Of a DNA stretch of 64,000 nt, positions 55,640-64,000 are shown piece after piece. The position numbers were made by a program, and so were the translations under genes. The DNA lies in the NCBI GenBank assembly GCA_965248265.1, contig CBDFJF010000001.1:3104001-3168000 (forward strand), in the 5' to 3' direction. Position 1 is the first letter of the stretch. Every line of letters begins with the position of its first letter. The DNA comes from Candidatus Latescibacterota bacterium. GTDB lineage: Bacteria > Latescibacterota > UBA2968 > UBA8231. The notes beneath the pieces are model-generated. The model saw only the letters and a program-made list of their open reading frames with translations. It ran no database searches and was not told where the DNA came from.

Positions 55640-56797
55640 TCAGAAGCCGAGTTCCAGCTGGTCCCTGGTGTTGCGGCGGAAATGGTCGGTCGAAAGGGCG
55701 CGGGTCACGGCATCGTCGAACCCTTGACGCCGCCGGTTGATCTCGAAGAATTCCTTTATCATTTCCGCAAGTTGGCCATTGCCGCGCATGCGTGAGCCAA
55801 ATTGCGGATCAGACAGATTGCCATCACGGACTTCGCGTATGCGGCTGATGACCTTGGCGGCGCGATCGGGGATGTTGCGCTCCAGCCAGTCAATGAAGAG
55901 GGGGCGGACCTGACCGGGCAGGCGCACCATGATGTAGTTGGCCCACTGAGCGCCTCGATTGGAGCACGCCTTGAGAATGGAGGGGATCTCCTCGTCGTTG
56001 AGCCCGGGTATCAGCGGGGCCACGTTGACGCCGACGGGAATTCCCATGCTTGCCAGTGTATCGATGGCTTTCAGGCGCAGTTTGGGTCGCGAGGTTCTGG
56101 GTTCCAGAATCGACGTGAGTTCCGGGCGCAAGCTGGTGACTGAGAGGGTGACGTGGACGAGGTCGAGCCGGGCCAATTCCTGCAGCAGATCAACATCGCG
56201 GGTGACGAGATGGTTCTTGGTGATGATGGTGACGGGATTGCGGAACTGCAGAAAGACCTCCAGACATTGCCGGGTCAGTTTAAGATGGCGTTCGAGCGGT
56301 TGGTAGCAGTCGGTGTTGCCGGACAGGGCGACGGTCTGCGGCTGCCACCCTTTCTTGTGAAAGGCCTCCTCGAGAAGCTGGGGAGCGTCCTCCTTGACCA
56401 GGATTTTGGTCTCGAAGTCGAGGCCGGCGGAGAATCCGAGGTACTCGTGGGTAGGCCGGGCATAGCAGTAAATGCATCCGTGCTCACAGCCGCGGTAGGG
56501 ATTGAGGCTGAAGCGGAAACCGACGTCGGGACTGTCGTTCTCAGCCAGGATGGAGCGCGAGCTGTCGACGAAGTACTGGGTTGGCACACGGGTTCTCTCG
56601 CCGCCGTTCATCAGGTTGTCATCGAGGGACGGATCCAGTTCGACATGGAGTGTCTCGAACCGATTGGGCGTGTTGACGGCGGCCGATCGACCCTTGGGGG
56701 CTGGCAGAGCTCCGTTCGTGGATAGCTCAAGGACAGGCTCATCCATCGCGGTCTGATCGATCTTGGTCCGATCTGGATTCTGTGACGGCATGCTCAA
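55640..56797 (-). CDS. PA0069/Rv2578c family radical SAM protein (spore photoproduct lyase-like)
   Basis: NPYRGCEHGCIYCYARPTHEYLG, SGNTDCYQP, ITKN, LEPR and APLIPGLND motifs. Confidence 0.93.
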   Translation of the reverse strand: MSMPSQNPDRTKIDQTAMDEPVLELSTNGALPAPKGRSAAVNTPNRFETLHVELDPSLDDNLMNGGERTRVPTQYFVDSSRSILAENDSPDVGFRFSLNPYRGCEHGCIYCYARPTHEYLGFSAGLDFETKILVKEDAPQLLEEAFHKKGWQPQTVALSGNTDCYQPLERHLKLTRQCLEVFLQFRNPVTIITKNHLVTRDVDLLQELARLDLVHVTLSVTSLRPELTSILEPRTSRPKLRLKAIDTLASMGIPVGVNVAPLIPGLNDEEIPSILKACSNRGAQWANYIMVRLPGQVRPLFIDWLERNIPDRAAKVISRIREVRDGNLSDPQFGSRMRGNGQLAEMIKEFFEINRRRQGFDDAVTRALSTDHFRRNTRDQLELGF

Positions 56798-57126
56798 GCT
56801 GCCCGGTCTTCGGGTGTGAGTGATAACTGGTCCTGGCCACCGCTGGCGGAAGGCAGGCCGACGTAGCCTCCGAACACTCCTTCCATGGGCCAGGCGTCGG
56901 CGAGAACGAGGCCACGCCAGTTACCCGCTGCCTGCAGCTCTCCGCTGAGGATCAAGGAAGGCTGGATGAGTATGTCGTACAGTCTCTCTTGCAGCTTTGG
57001 GTGGACGACGCACTGAATGAACCCGGTCTCGTCTTCGATGGTCAGGAACATGAACCCCTTCGCAGTCGGTGGTCTCTGGCGCATGATAACGAGGCCGGCC
57101 ATCTGGACGATCGGTCCGGTTTCTCC
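56794..57126 (-). pseudogene. dnaE2: C-terminal OB-fold fragment of error-prone DNA polymerase DnaE2
   Basis: AGLVIMRQRPPTAKGFMFLTIEDETG signature. The upstream polymerase domains are absent and phage sequence lies in their place. Confidence 0.8.
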
Positions 57127-58021
57127 CCAAACCAAAGGGTTGCCGGACGTGGCGTGGGCGGAGGATGCGGGAGAGGTCGTCACCTACGAAAGCGCCACCA
57201 ACAATGTGCTCAAACGCCTGTATCAACATCTGCGCGATCTGTTCCAGGACGAGGGCTTGATCGAAAAGACCATGCTGCGCGAAGACGCCATGCAGCAGCT
57301 GGAGCGCATCCGCTGGATCGCCTCCGACGAGCTGTGGCGCATCATCTACGATGAGGAGTTGGCGGCTGAGGACAAGCGGAGTCAGGTCTCCGCCCTGTTC
57401 GAAGAGCTGAGTTCGCTCCTCGAAGAAAACGGGGAAACGATAGTCAATTCCTTCGCTGAAAGGAGCGAGTCAATGAGCAAACCGAATGCAGATGCCGGAG
57501 ACGGCACTGTCACCCTGACTAAGGCTGAGTTGGCTGAGATCGTCAACGACGCAGCCACCAGTGCCGTTGAGCAATATGAGGAGAAAACGGCCGCGACGAT
57601 CGACGAGAAAGTCTCGGAGGGGTTGGCAGACATCACATATAAGACGAAGCGCAACGCCATCGGCATCTACTGCGATCGCCTCAAGGAGCGTGGTATGGCT
57701 CCGGCGCTGCTCGATGAGAGCACCGGCCTGGCGGTGTTCATGGAGCGGTTGGACTACCGGGAGGCCATCACCTTTGCCGAGGGCAAAGAGCAGACGGCCC
57801 TGGAATTCTTCCAGGAGCTGTTGGGCAATCTCCTCGACGCGGCCAAGGGCAACAAGCTGGTGGTGGAGTTCAAGGAGGTGGGCGGAGCCGACAAGAGGCC
57901 CTCCGATGACACGCAGTCCGATGCCCAAGCCAGGGCGGCAGTCGAATTCGCCGAGAATCGCGAGTTCTACGAGCTGATGGAAGTCAGTGAGGAAGATTTG
58001 GCCAACAGCATCGACCGCTGA
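57125..58021 (+). pseudogene. 5'-truncated Mu-like head maturation protease/scaffold (gpI-like)
   Basis: PQTKGLPDVAWAE resembles the P(P)AVKGLxxVxF end of Mu-type protease domains. Upstream in-frame codons are antisense dnaE2. It precedes the head genes. Confidence 0.6.
57473..58021 (+). CDS. Nested capsid scaffolding protein (gpZ-like internal start)
   Basis: AAGGAG RBS before the internal ATG (MSKPNAD); acidic helical product; ends with TGA-TAG-TAA. Confidence 0.6.
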   Translation: MSKPNADAGDGTVTLTKAELAEIVNDAATSAVEQYEEKTAATIDEKVSEGLADITYKTKRNAIGIYCDRLKERGMAPALLDESTGLAVFMERLDYREAITFAEGKEQTALEFFQELLGNLLDAAKGNKLVVEFKEVGGADKRPSDDTQSDAQARAAVEFAENREFYELMEVSEEDLANSIDR

Positions 58022-58089
58022 TAGTAAGCGGTGCGCACTAAAACGATAAACGCGGGCACGGGGCTCACGCTTTGAAGAGGCAAGGATAA

Positions 58090-58884
58090 ATGGCAGCACT
58101 TACGGACAATCGGCAGACCGAACGCCGCGACGGCGACATCCTCCAGCTGGAAGGCGGTATCGACATCGTCTACCGCGGCGGTATGGTCGCCCTCGACACG
58201 GCAGGGTACGCCGTCGCCGCCCAGGACACCGCGTCCTTCATCTTCTCGGGAGTTGCCTGGGAGAAGATGGACAACTCGGGCGGCTCGAACGGCGACAAAG
58301 AGGTACGCGTGCAGCGCAGCGGCCTGTTCTCGTTTGCCTGCACCGGCATGGCGATCACGGACATCGGCAAGCGGGTGTACGTCAGCGATGACCAAACCGT
58401 CACGCTCACACCCGGCAACGTTTACTGTGGCATCATCGCCCAGTTCGTGTCGTCCACCGAGGTCCTCGTCGACATCGGGCCGGCCGTGCAGGCGGCATTG
58501 GGCGACAAGATCATCGCTTCGGGGAGCTTGAGCACGTTCGTCGGCGAGAGATTCGGGCACATTTTCACCGTTCCGGCCGGCCGAAAAGCAACACTGCTGG
58601 CAGGCAAAGTCTTGGCGATGGTGAAGCCGAATTACGCCACCGACGAGCTGCTGAACGTATACAAGTACGACCTGTCAGGGACCGCCGAGAAGCAGCAGCT
58701 GTCCGCCGCCGACTACGATGTAGACGGGCTCACGGCCAAGCAGGCGGCCGATCTGACACTGACGGCCACGGCGGCTGATCTGGACGGTGATCCGGGCGAC
58801 GCATGGTACTTCGCCGTCAACTGCACCGGGGCTGAGACCACGGCCGGTGACATCGGAGTCACGCTCGAGATCGCCCTGAACTAA
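58090..58884 (+). CDS. Mu-like capsid cement/decoration protein with C-terminal extension
   Basis: MAALTDNRQTERRDG, IVYRGGMVALD..GYAVAA and DIGKRVYVSDDQTV motifs; directly upstream of the capsid gene. Confidence 0.7.
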   Translation: MAALTDNRQTERRDGDILQLEGGIDIVYRGGMVALDTAGYAVAAQDTASFIFSGVAWEKMDNSGGSNGDKEVRVQRSGLFSFACTGMAITDIGKRVYVSDDQTVTLTPGNVYCGIIAQFVSSTEVLVDIGPAVQAALGDKIIASGSLSTFVGERFGHIFTVPAGRKATLLAGKVLAMVKPNYATDELLNVYKYDLSGTAEKQQLSAADYDVDGLTAKQAADLTLTATAADLDGDPGDAWYFAVNCTGAETTAGDIGVTLEIALN

Positions 58885-58956
58885 AGGGGCCATCCGTAGA
58901 AGAGAGTTTTTCAATCGCAGCCGCCACGGGGGACGGCTTTAGCAAGGAGATGAAAC

Positions 58957-59892
58957 ATGGCAGTTGTTGATCCTGTAGTCCTCGAAAAAGGTCTGAAGGC
59001 GACCTTCTATCGGGCCTACGAGGCAGCCACCCCCATCTATCCTGACATCTCCACTGAGGTTCCGTCCTCGGCGGATCAGGAGAAGTACGCGTGGCTCGGT
59101 ACGGCCCCGACGATGCGGGAGTGGGTCGATGAGCGGGTTCCCAAGGGACTGCTCGATCATTCCTACACCATCGTCAACAAGCACTACGAAGCCTCCATCA
59201 GCGTCGACAAGGACGATTTGGAGGACGACCAGACCGGACAGGTCAGACTGCGCGTCACCGACATGGCCCAGCGCACCCGGCGCCATGTCGACTCGCTGCT
59301 GTCGACGTTGATCATCGACGGCGAGTCCACGACCTGTTACGACTCGCAGTTCTTCTTCGACACCGACCACTCCGAGGGTAGCTCAGGGACGCAGGACAAC
59401 GACCTGACCTACAACGTGGCCACGCCCTCGGCACCGACACAGGCCGAGTTTGAGGCGGCGTTGCACCAGGCCATCGAGGCCCTGATCGGCTTCAAGGACG
59501 ATCGCAACGAGCCGTTCCTGGAGGAATGGCAGTTGAACAGCTCCAACCTCATCTGCATGGTGCCCAAGGAACATCGCAAGGCGGCACTGCAAACGACGGA
59601 GACGAGCACGATCAGCAACACGGACAACATCCTCAAGAATGTCGCCCGTGTGGTCGTGAATCCGCGCCTGACGAACAACGATCGCTTCTACCTGTTCTAC
59701 GTCGGTGCACCGATCAAGCCGTTCATCTTCCAGCAGCGCGCGTTCAATGACGGGTCGCCGATGCACACGGGGATGCTGGGCGACAACACGGAGACGGGTT
59801 TCATGCGTCGCGAGTGGGTCTTCGGGGTTGATAGCCGCTACAACGTCGGCTACGGCCTGTGGCAGTTCGCGGTGCTGACGACGCTGACCTAA
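58957..59892 (+). CDS. Mu-like major head subunit gpT
   Basis: EVPSS..EKYAWLG..P.MREWV.ER, YTIVNKHYEASISV, EDDQ.G, CYD.QFFFDTDH, KPFIFQQR and FGVDSRYNVGYGLWQ motifs. Confidence 0.93.
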   Translation: MAVVDPVVLEKGLKATFYRAYEAATPIYPDISTEVPSSADQEKYAWLGTAPTMREWVDERVPKGLLDHSYTIVNKHYEASISVDKDDLEDDQTGQVRLRVTDMAQRTRRHVDSLLSTLIIDGESTTCYDSQFFFDTDHSEGSSGTQDNDLTYNVATPSAPTQAEFEAALHQAIEALIGFKDDRNEPFLEEWQLNSSNLICMVPKEHRKAALQTTETSTISNTDNILKNVARVVVNPRLTNNDRFYLFYVGAPIKPFIFQQRAFNDGSPMHTGMLGDNTETGFMRREWVFGVDSRYNVGYGLWQFAVLTTLT

Positions 59893-59928
59893 ACCAGGAC
59901 GGCGCAGTAGCGGATTCGAAAGTTCATG

Positions 59929-59962
59929 AGGGATGCGATCCCTGTGATGGGGTCGCATCCCT
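59929..59962 (+). terminator. Strong hairpin after the major capsid gene
   Basis: agggatgcgatccc-tgtgat-ggggtcgcatccct; only a weak U-tract. Confidence 0.6.
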
Positions 59963-59989
59963 TCACCCATATCAACGAAGAGGTTTGGA

Positions 59990-60475
59990 ATGGTCATACA
60001 CAGACTGACACTGGCACAGTGGCCGGACGGCCGCTTCCGCAGGGGGGGGTTGGAGTTTGCGACCGGCCAACCCGTGTTCGTCGAAGGGCTCAATGTGCGC
60101 CTGGAGGAAGAGCTGAAAAACCCAGGCACCGGACTGGGTTGCACGGAAGTTGAGCTGGAGGAAGTACCCGGAGACGCCACGATCCTGCAGTGGGAGCCGG
60201 ACGCGGACGACAAGAGTGGCGTCCGGGGTGAGTGGGTGCCCTGGGTGGCTCCGTTCGTCGAAGAAGAGGAAGATGAAGAAGACGACGCCAATGCAGACGA
60301 AGCCGGTCGTGATGACTCCATAGGCGACGCGATCGTGCTCGAGGAGGGCTGGCAGGACAAGCCCATGAACGATCTGCGTGAGATCGCTGCGCAGGTCGGT
60401 GTCGAGGCGCCATTCGGCGTCACCAAAGAGCAGTTGGTCGAGAACATCGCACAGGCGACGGATGGCGAAGAATAA
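59990..60475 (+). CDS. Acidic phage head accessory protein (Mu gp35/HI1506-like N-terminus, HeH/Rho-N-like C-terminus)
   Basis: FRRGGLEF..L..P.L N-terminus; poly-E/D linker; C-terminal NDLREIAAQVGV..TKEQLVENI; post-capsid position. Confidence 0.6.
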   Translation: MVIHRLTLAQWPDGRFRRGGLEFATGQPVFVEGLNVRLEEELKNPGTGLGCTEVELEEVPGDATILQWEPDADDKSGVRGEWVPWVAPFVEEEEDEEDDANADEAGRDDSIGDAIVLEEGWQDKPMNDLREIAAQVGVEAPFGVTKEQLVENIAQATDGEE

Positions 60476-60746
60476 CGGGGCCGCGCGCCCCGCACGGGGG
60501 CAATCTGATGGCGGCGGCGAACAAGCCGTCGTCGATCAGCTGGTCATCGCCACGGTCGTAAACCCGGATGGGTCGCAGGGGATCATCGTGCAGTTGACGG
60601 AAGGACTGCAGGCGGACATGGTGCGCGCGTTGGGATTTGCTGAGCTGGGCAAGACCTACATCACTGACATGATGAAGCAGCCTCAGCCCAAGAAGAAGAG
60701 CAGCATCGTCCCGGCGCGCTTCATCCCAGAAATCCTCAAGCGATAG
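60462..60746 (+). CDS. Phage hypothetical protein
   Basis: Fills the gap between neighbours; ATG at 60462 (MAKNNG). Confidence 0.6.
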   Translation: MAKNNGAARPARGQSDGGGEQAVVDQLVIATVVNPDGSQGIIVQLTEGLQADMVRALGFAELGKTYITDMMKQPQPKKKSSIVPARFIPEILKR

Positions 60747-60749
60747 CCC

Positions 60750-61241
60750 ATGCCTAGCTACACCACCACCACTGACGTGGAAGCCCTGCTTCCCGACACC
60801 TTGCCGACCTCGATCACTGCGGCCGACAAGACCAAGTGGGTGACGGACGCCTCGAAGATGGTGGATGGCATGGTCGGCACGCGGTTCCCGATGCTGTCGA
60901 CGAATCAGAAGTTCGCTGATGTCACGGATACGCCCGCTTGGATTGAGCTGTGTGCGCGGTGGCTGGGTGCCTACTTCGGATTCCTCAAGCTGCGCGAGAT
61001 CAACAAGTCGGCCAAGAATCCGGGGCAGGGGGCCACCTACTGGAAGATGGCTCATGATGCCTTGGAGTCGATCCGCGATGGCAAGATCGACATCTACGAC
61101 AGTGCGGGCGCGGATCTGGCCTCTTCCTCGGTGGCGTGGTCCAGCACGGACGGCTATGACGCCGTGTTCTCACGCGGGGCTTACAAGGACAATGTGCTGC
61201 AGGGGGACGCTGGCACGCTAGACGATTTCGGATTGAACTGA
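60750..61241 (+). CDS. Head-tail connector (Mu gp36/DUF1320-like)
   Basis: YTTTTDV..ASKMVDGMVGTRFP..P..IELCA..Y..A...LESIRDGKIDI pattern; position after the capsid gene. Confidence 0.72.
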   Translation: MPSYTTTTDVEALLPDTLPTSITAADKTKWVTDASKMVDGMVGTRFPMLSTNQKFADVTDTPAWIELCARWLGAYFGFLKLREINKSAKNPGQGATYWKMAHDALESIRDGKIDIYDSAGADLASSSVAWSSTDGYDAVFSRGAYKDNVLQGDAGTLDDFGLN

Positions 61242-61756
61242 TGCCCCTAAAAATCAAGATCACGCACACCCAGATGGACCAGCAAGAGGTGCGGCTCAAG
61301 CAACGGCTACGACAGCCGCGCGCCCTGTTGCGGCGCATCCACACCTACATGATCGGGCGCACGGCGATGATGTTCAGGCGCTTGGCGCACGGGGGCACCT
61401 TCCGTGGTGTGACCTGGGACTTCTACAAGCCTCAGTATCGACGCAGCGACGGGGTCGAGGTGCCGGCTTGGGGGGGCGTGGGCAAGCTACGAGGCTCAGG
61501 GACCGTGCGTGGGCGACGCCGACCCTCAGGACGTCGAATCACACCAGCTTCCAACCTGTTGCGCGACACGGGCCGTCTGGCTGCTGCTGCGGGCGCCTCA
61601 GCGAGGTACCGACGCGGCGGCATGAGTCTGGAGATGGTCACGGGCAACGTGGCCTACGCGGCTTATCAGGCCAAGAGTCGCCCGTTCCTGTTTTTCGAGG
61701 TGCCGCGCGACACGCGGGTGTTTGAGGAGATGGCTGTGGAGCACATGGAGAGCTGA
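61241..61756 (+). CDS. Phage virion morphogenesis / tail completion protein (Mu gpG, P2 gpS-like)
   Basis: LLRDTGRL, NVAYAAYQ and RPFL motifs; very basic protein. Confidence 0.75.
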   Translation: MPLKIKITHTQMDQQEVRLKQRLRQPRALLRRIHTYMIGRTAMMFRRLAHGGTFRGVTWDFYKPQYRRSDGVEVPAWGGVGKLRGSGTVRGRRRPSGRRITPASNLLRDTGRLAAAAGASARYRRGGMSLEMVTGNVAYAAYQAKSRPFLFFEVPRDTRVFEEMAVEHMES

Positions 61757-62277
61757 TGGCCACAGCCTTCGACAGCAAGAACGCGTTCAACCTGCTGGAG
61801 ACGGCCGGGAAGAACTGCGTCCAGGCGGACGCCTGGCTCGGGGATACGGCCAACGTGACCACCGTGCATGAGAAGATTCGCCGGCACGAAGAGGACCCTT
61901 TTGACCTGTACTACGATCACGAGTTACCGGCCATCGGGGTGCTCTGCATCGGCGCTGGCGAAGATGATCGCTCGGCCATGCAGGAGTGGGAGCACGGCTA
62001 TCGACTGCTGTTCGACGTGTGGCACGCGGGGGCCGACTTCGACACCGTCGACCAGGAGTTCAAGAAGATCATGGCCTACCTGCGCCGCCGTTTGCGGCTG
62101 CAGACGTTCGCCACCACGACGCACGCCGAATCGGACCAGCTCGACGGCATCGCCGAGGATGGCGACGTGTTCGTCCTTGACACACCGGACTTCGACTATT
62201 TCGGGCCACAGGAAAACGGGGGTTGGCTTATTCACGGGATCGTCCTGGCGCAGGTCACACTGATCAGCGCGGACTGA
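61756..62277 (+). CDS. Putative tail terminator protein
   Basis: Position just before the tube gene; ELPAIGV motif; acidic, ~170 aa. Confidence 0.5.
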   Translation: MATAFDSKNAFNLLETAGKNCVQADAWLGDTANVTTVHEKIRRHEEDPFDLYYDHELPAIGVLCIGAGEDDRSAMQEWEHGYRLLFDVWHAGADFDTVDQEFKKIMAYLRRRLRLQTFATTTHAESDQLDGIAEDGDVFVLDTPDFDYFGPQENGGWLIHGIVLAQVTLISAD

Positions 62278-62288
62278 GGAGATAACAC

Positions 62289-63356
62289 ATGGCTACCCTA
62301 CGCGGCTTCGACCGCAAGTTTTACTTCAGCTACATCAAGTCGCAGGACACCTGGGGCACGGCCGAAGCCGACGCCGATCTGTTTCCGTTCCGGGTTAACT
62401 CCGATCCCTTGACGGTCACGCCTGAGTTCACTGACGACACGGACGAGGTAGGCGGCGCCGAAGAAGCCCAGGCGCAGGAAGAGTTGTCGCGGGATGTGTC
62501 CGGGCAGCTGGGGCAGAACAAGACGCGCGCGCCGTTTCTGGCCTCGATGCTGGCATACACCCTGGGCTCGGTCACCACCTCGTCTCAGGATACGTCAGCC
62601 GGTCGCCACATCATCACGCCCTACACGACCGACTATTCCCAGAACACCTTTACCGGCCTCGACCTTCATACCTCCACCTTCTACCAGCTCTACCACAACC
62701 TGGCCGTCGATAGCCTTGAGTTGTCGACCCAGCGCAAGGGCTGGCTCACGACCAATGCGCAGGTGGTAGGCTCGGGCAAGTCGGCGACCACGGGCGTCAC
62801 CGTTGGCAGCCTGGGCGCCGCGCCCACCTATGGTCCCGCGCTCAAGTGCGGTGACATGAAGGTGTTCATCCGGGTGGATGGAGGAGTCACGCTGCCGGCC
62901 AGCTACAACCAGGGCGCCGAAGATCTGCCAGGCCCGGCGACCGAAATTTCGGCGAAGATTCGCAGCTTCAACTACCGCTACAACAATAATCTGATCAGCG
63001 ACGATGCCTATGAGCCGGGCAGCGGCGTCAACCGAGCCAGGGCCGAGCGCGATCGCCGTGGGCAGACGCTGAGCTTCGAGGTCGAGTTCGAGGACGCCAC
63101 CTACCTGGATTATCTCACCGCCCAGAACGTGCTGGGGTTGGAGTTCGACTTCGTCTCGGCCACGTTGGCCGGTGCCGCTACCGTCTACTACGGTGCCCAG
63201 GGGCTGTTCCCGATGGTGAAGCTGACGCAGGCGCGGGTGCAGGGTGGGTTGGGTACGCAGATCGTCTCCTGTGAGGGCTTGGTCATGGACGACGGCACCA
63301 ATCCCACGGTGGAGTGGACGGTATTCGATACGAACCAGACGGGTTATCTGCAATGA
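62289..63356 (+). CDS. Putative phage tail tube protein 1
   Basis: GAGGAG RBS; S/T/G-rich beta-type protein; RHIITP, VDSLELS and YNNNL motifs; position after the terminator gene. Confidence 0.7.
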   Translation: MATLRGFDRKFYFSYIKSQDTWGTAEADADLFPFRVNSDPLTVTPEFTDDTDEVGGAEEAQAQEELSRDVSGQLGQNKTRAPFLASMLAYTLGSVTTSSQDTSAGRHIITPYTTDYSQNTFTGLDLHTSTFYQLYHNLAVDSLELSTQRKGWLTTNAQVVGSGKSATTGVTVGSLGAAPTYGPALKCGDMKVFIRVDGGVTLPASYNQGAEDLPGPATEISAKIRSFNYRYNNNLISDDAYEPGSGVNRARAERDRRGQTLSFEVEFEDATYLDYLTAQNVLGLEFDFVSATLAGAATVYYGAQGLFPMVKLTQARVQGGLGTQIVSCEGLVMDDGTNPTVEWTVFDTNQTGYLQ

Positions 63357-63583
63357 TTCTGCGGGAAGTCGTTAACGGCGATAGCACCATTCGCCTGGAG
63401 CGCGAGGAGGAGCGCAACGCGCGCGGCCGCACCATCAGCGCCACCCTGCGCATCAGCATCAATGACGAGACCGAGTGGGAAGGCCCGGACACCCAGGACT
63501 CGGCCGATCAGTGGCAGACCGAGTGGGATCGTCTAACGATGCCGAAGGCGAAGCGTACGCGCAGCAAGAAAGCGAAGGGATAG
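63353..63583 (+). CDS. 76-aa phage hypothetical protein with basic C-terminus
   Basis: ATGA overlap with the tube stop; ends PKAKRTRSKKAKG. Confidence 0.55.
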   Translation: MILREVVNGDSTIRLEREEERNARGRTISATLRISINDETEWEGPDTQDSADQWQTEWDRLTMPKAKRTRSKKAKG

Positions 63584-63586
63584 CGC

Positions 63587-64000
63587 ATGGCGACCAAGCG
63601 TGGATTCTCAGGTTGGCGTTCGATCTCGAAGGTGGAGGAATCCAGCTACGACTCGGCGGCCACGATCGCGGCGACCTTCCGCAACGCGGCCGATCCGATC
63701 ACGGAGATGGTGGAGCTGGCCGATGGCACGGAGCTGATCGGCACCGAGGCGGAGGAAGCCGACGAGCAAGATATTCTGGCGCGGCATGCCGAAGGCGATG
63801 AAGACATCCCCAGGGTGCGGCCGCACGAAGTGGCGCTGTACGCCGCTTACCACTTCGGCAACCTGAATCAGTCTCCGGCCAATGAGCCTGCAGCAGGGTA
63901 CCGGACGCACACGATCACGCCGTACCCGAAGTCGTTCACCAACGGCGCCCAGGACGGCACCAGCGTGCCGCTGACGAGCCTTACCGTCGAAGACACTTCG
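63587..64000 (+). CDS. Second tail tube paralog (3'-truncated by window edge; absent from the ORF track)
   Basis: Manual translation MATKRGFSGWRSISK...DPITEMVELADGTELIGTEAEEADEQDILAR...AAYHFG...THTITPY aligns with the N-terminus of 62289..63356. Confidence 0.75.
   Translation, partial: MATKRGFSGWRSISKVEESSYDSAATIAATFRNAADPITEMVELADGTELIGTEAEEADEQDILARHAEGDEDIPRVRPHEVALYAAYHFGNLNQSPANEPAAGYRTHTITPYPKSFTNGAQDGTSVPLTSLTVEDTS

Larger units (their letters stand above)
57125..64000 (+). mobile_element. Mu-like prophage virion morphogenesis module (head-neck-tail), left-truncated, continues past the window
   Basis: Co-oriented, tightly packed genes in Mu order: protease/scaffold, cement, gpT capsid, gp35/36-like, virion morphogenesis, terminator, tube. 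Confidence 0.88.

Noticed and set aside
57017-57124. N-terminus of the 334-aa ORF as real phage protein
   Set aside because: These codons are the antisense of the dnaE2 OB-fold. Phage-like sequence begins at about 57125.
57125-64000. Calling the phage module an eCIS/T6SS or encapsulin system
   Set aside because: It has a Mu gpT capsid and neck genes, and no sheath, baseplate or cargo gene is visible in the window.
1-64000. tRNA, rRNA, integrase or transposase genes
   Set aside because: None was recognised by eye. tRNAscan-SE and Infernal were not run.

Overview
This is a GC-rich (~60%) bacterial chromosome segment, probably from a metagenomic assembly. A GT2 fused to the N-terminal half of WcaJ and a BatA/vWA gene hint at the FCB group (e.g. 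Latescibacterota-like); this taxonomy is inference only. 1-17 kb holds a 5'-truncated DUF455 ferritin-like/ATP-grasp fusion, thioesterase, gluconolactonase, ferritin, glycan genes, a small ABC system and TauE. 17.1-31.6 kb is an aromatic amino acid supra-operon (trpE-G-D-C-S, chorismate mutase, tyrA, an AroA-fold protein, aroE, argS, aroK, aroB, rimO). It is preceded by a sigma70 promoter and an unannotated attenuator whose leader peptide carries Tyr, Trp, Phe and Trp codons, and the AroA homolog has lost almost all catalytic residues. 34-55 kb is mostly surface-polysaccharide biosynthesis. At ~57.12 kb a DnaE2 C-terminal fragment abuts, head to head, a 5'-truncated Mu-like head protease. A Mu-like head/neck/tail module follows and runs off the window, with two tandem tail-tube paralogs. 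I found no rRNA, tRNA or CRISPR array. All family assignments come from motif recognition by eye, not database searches.
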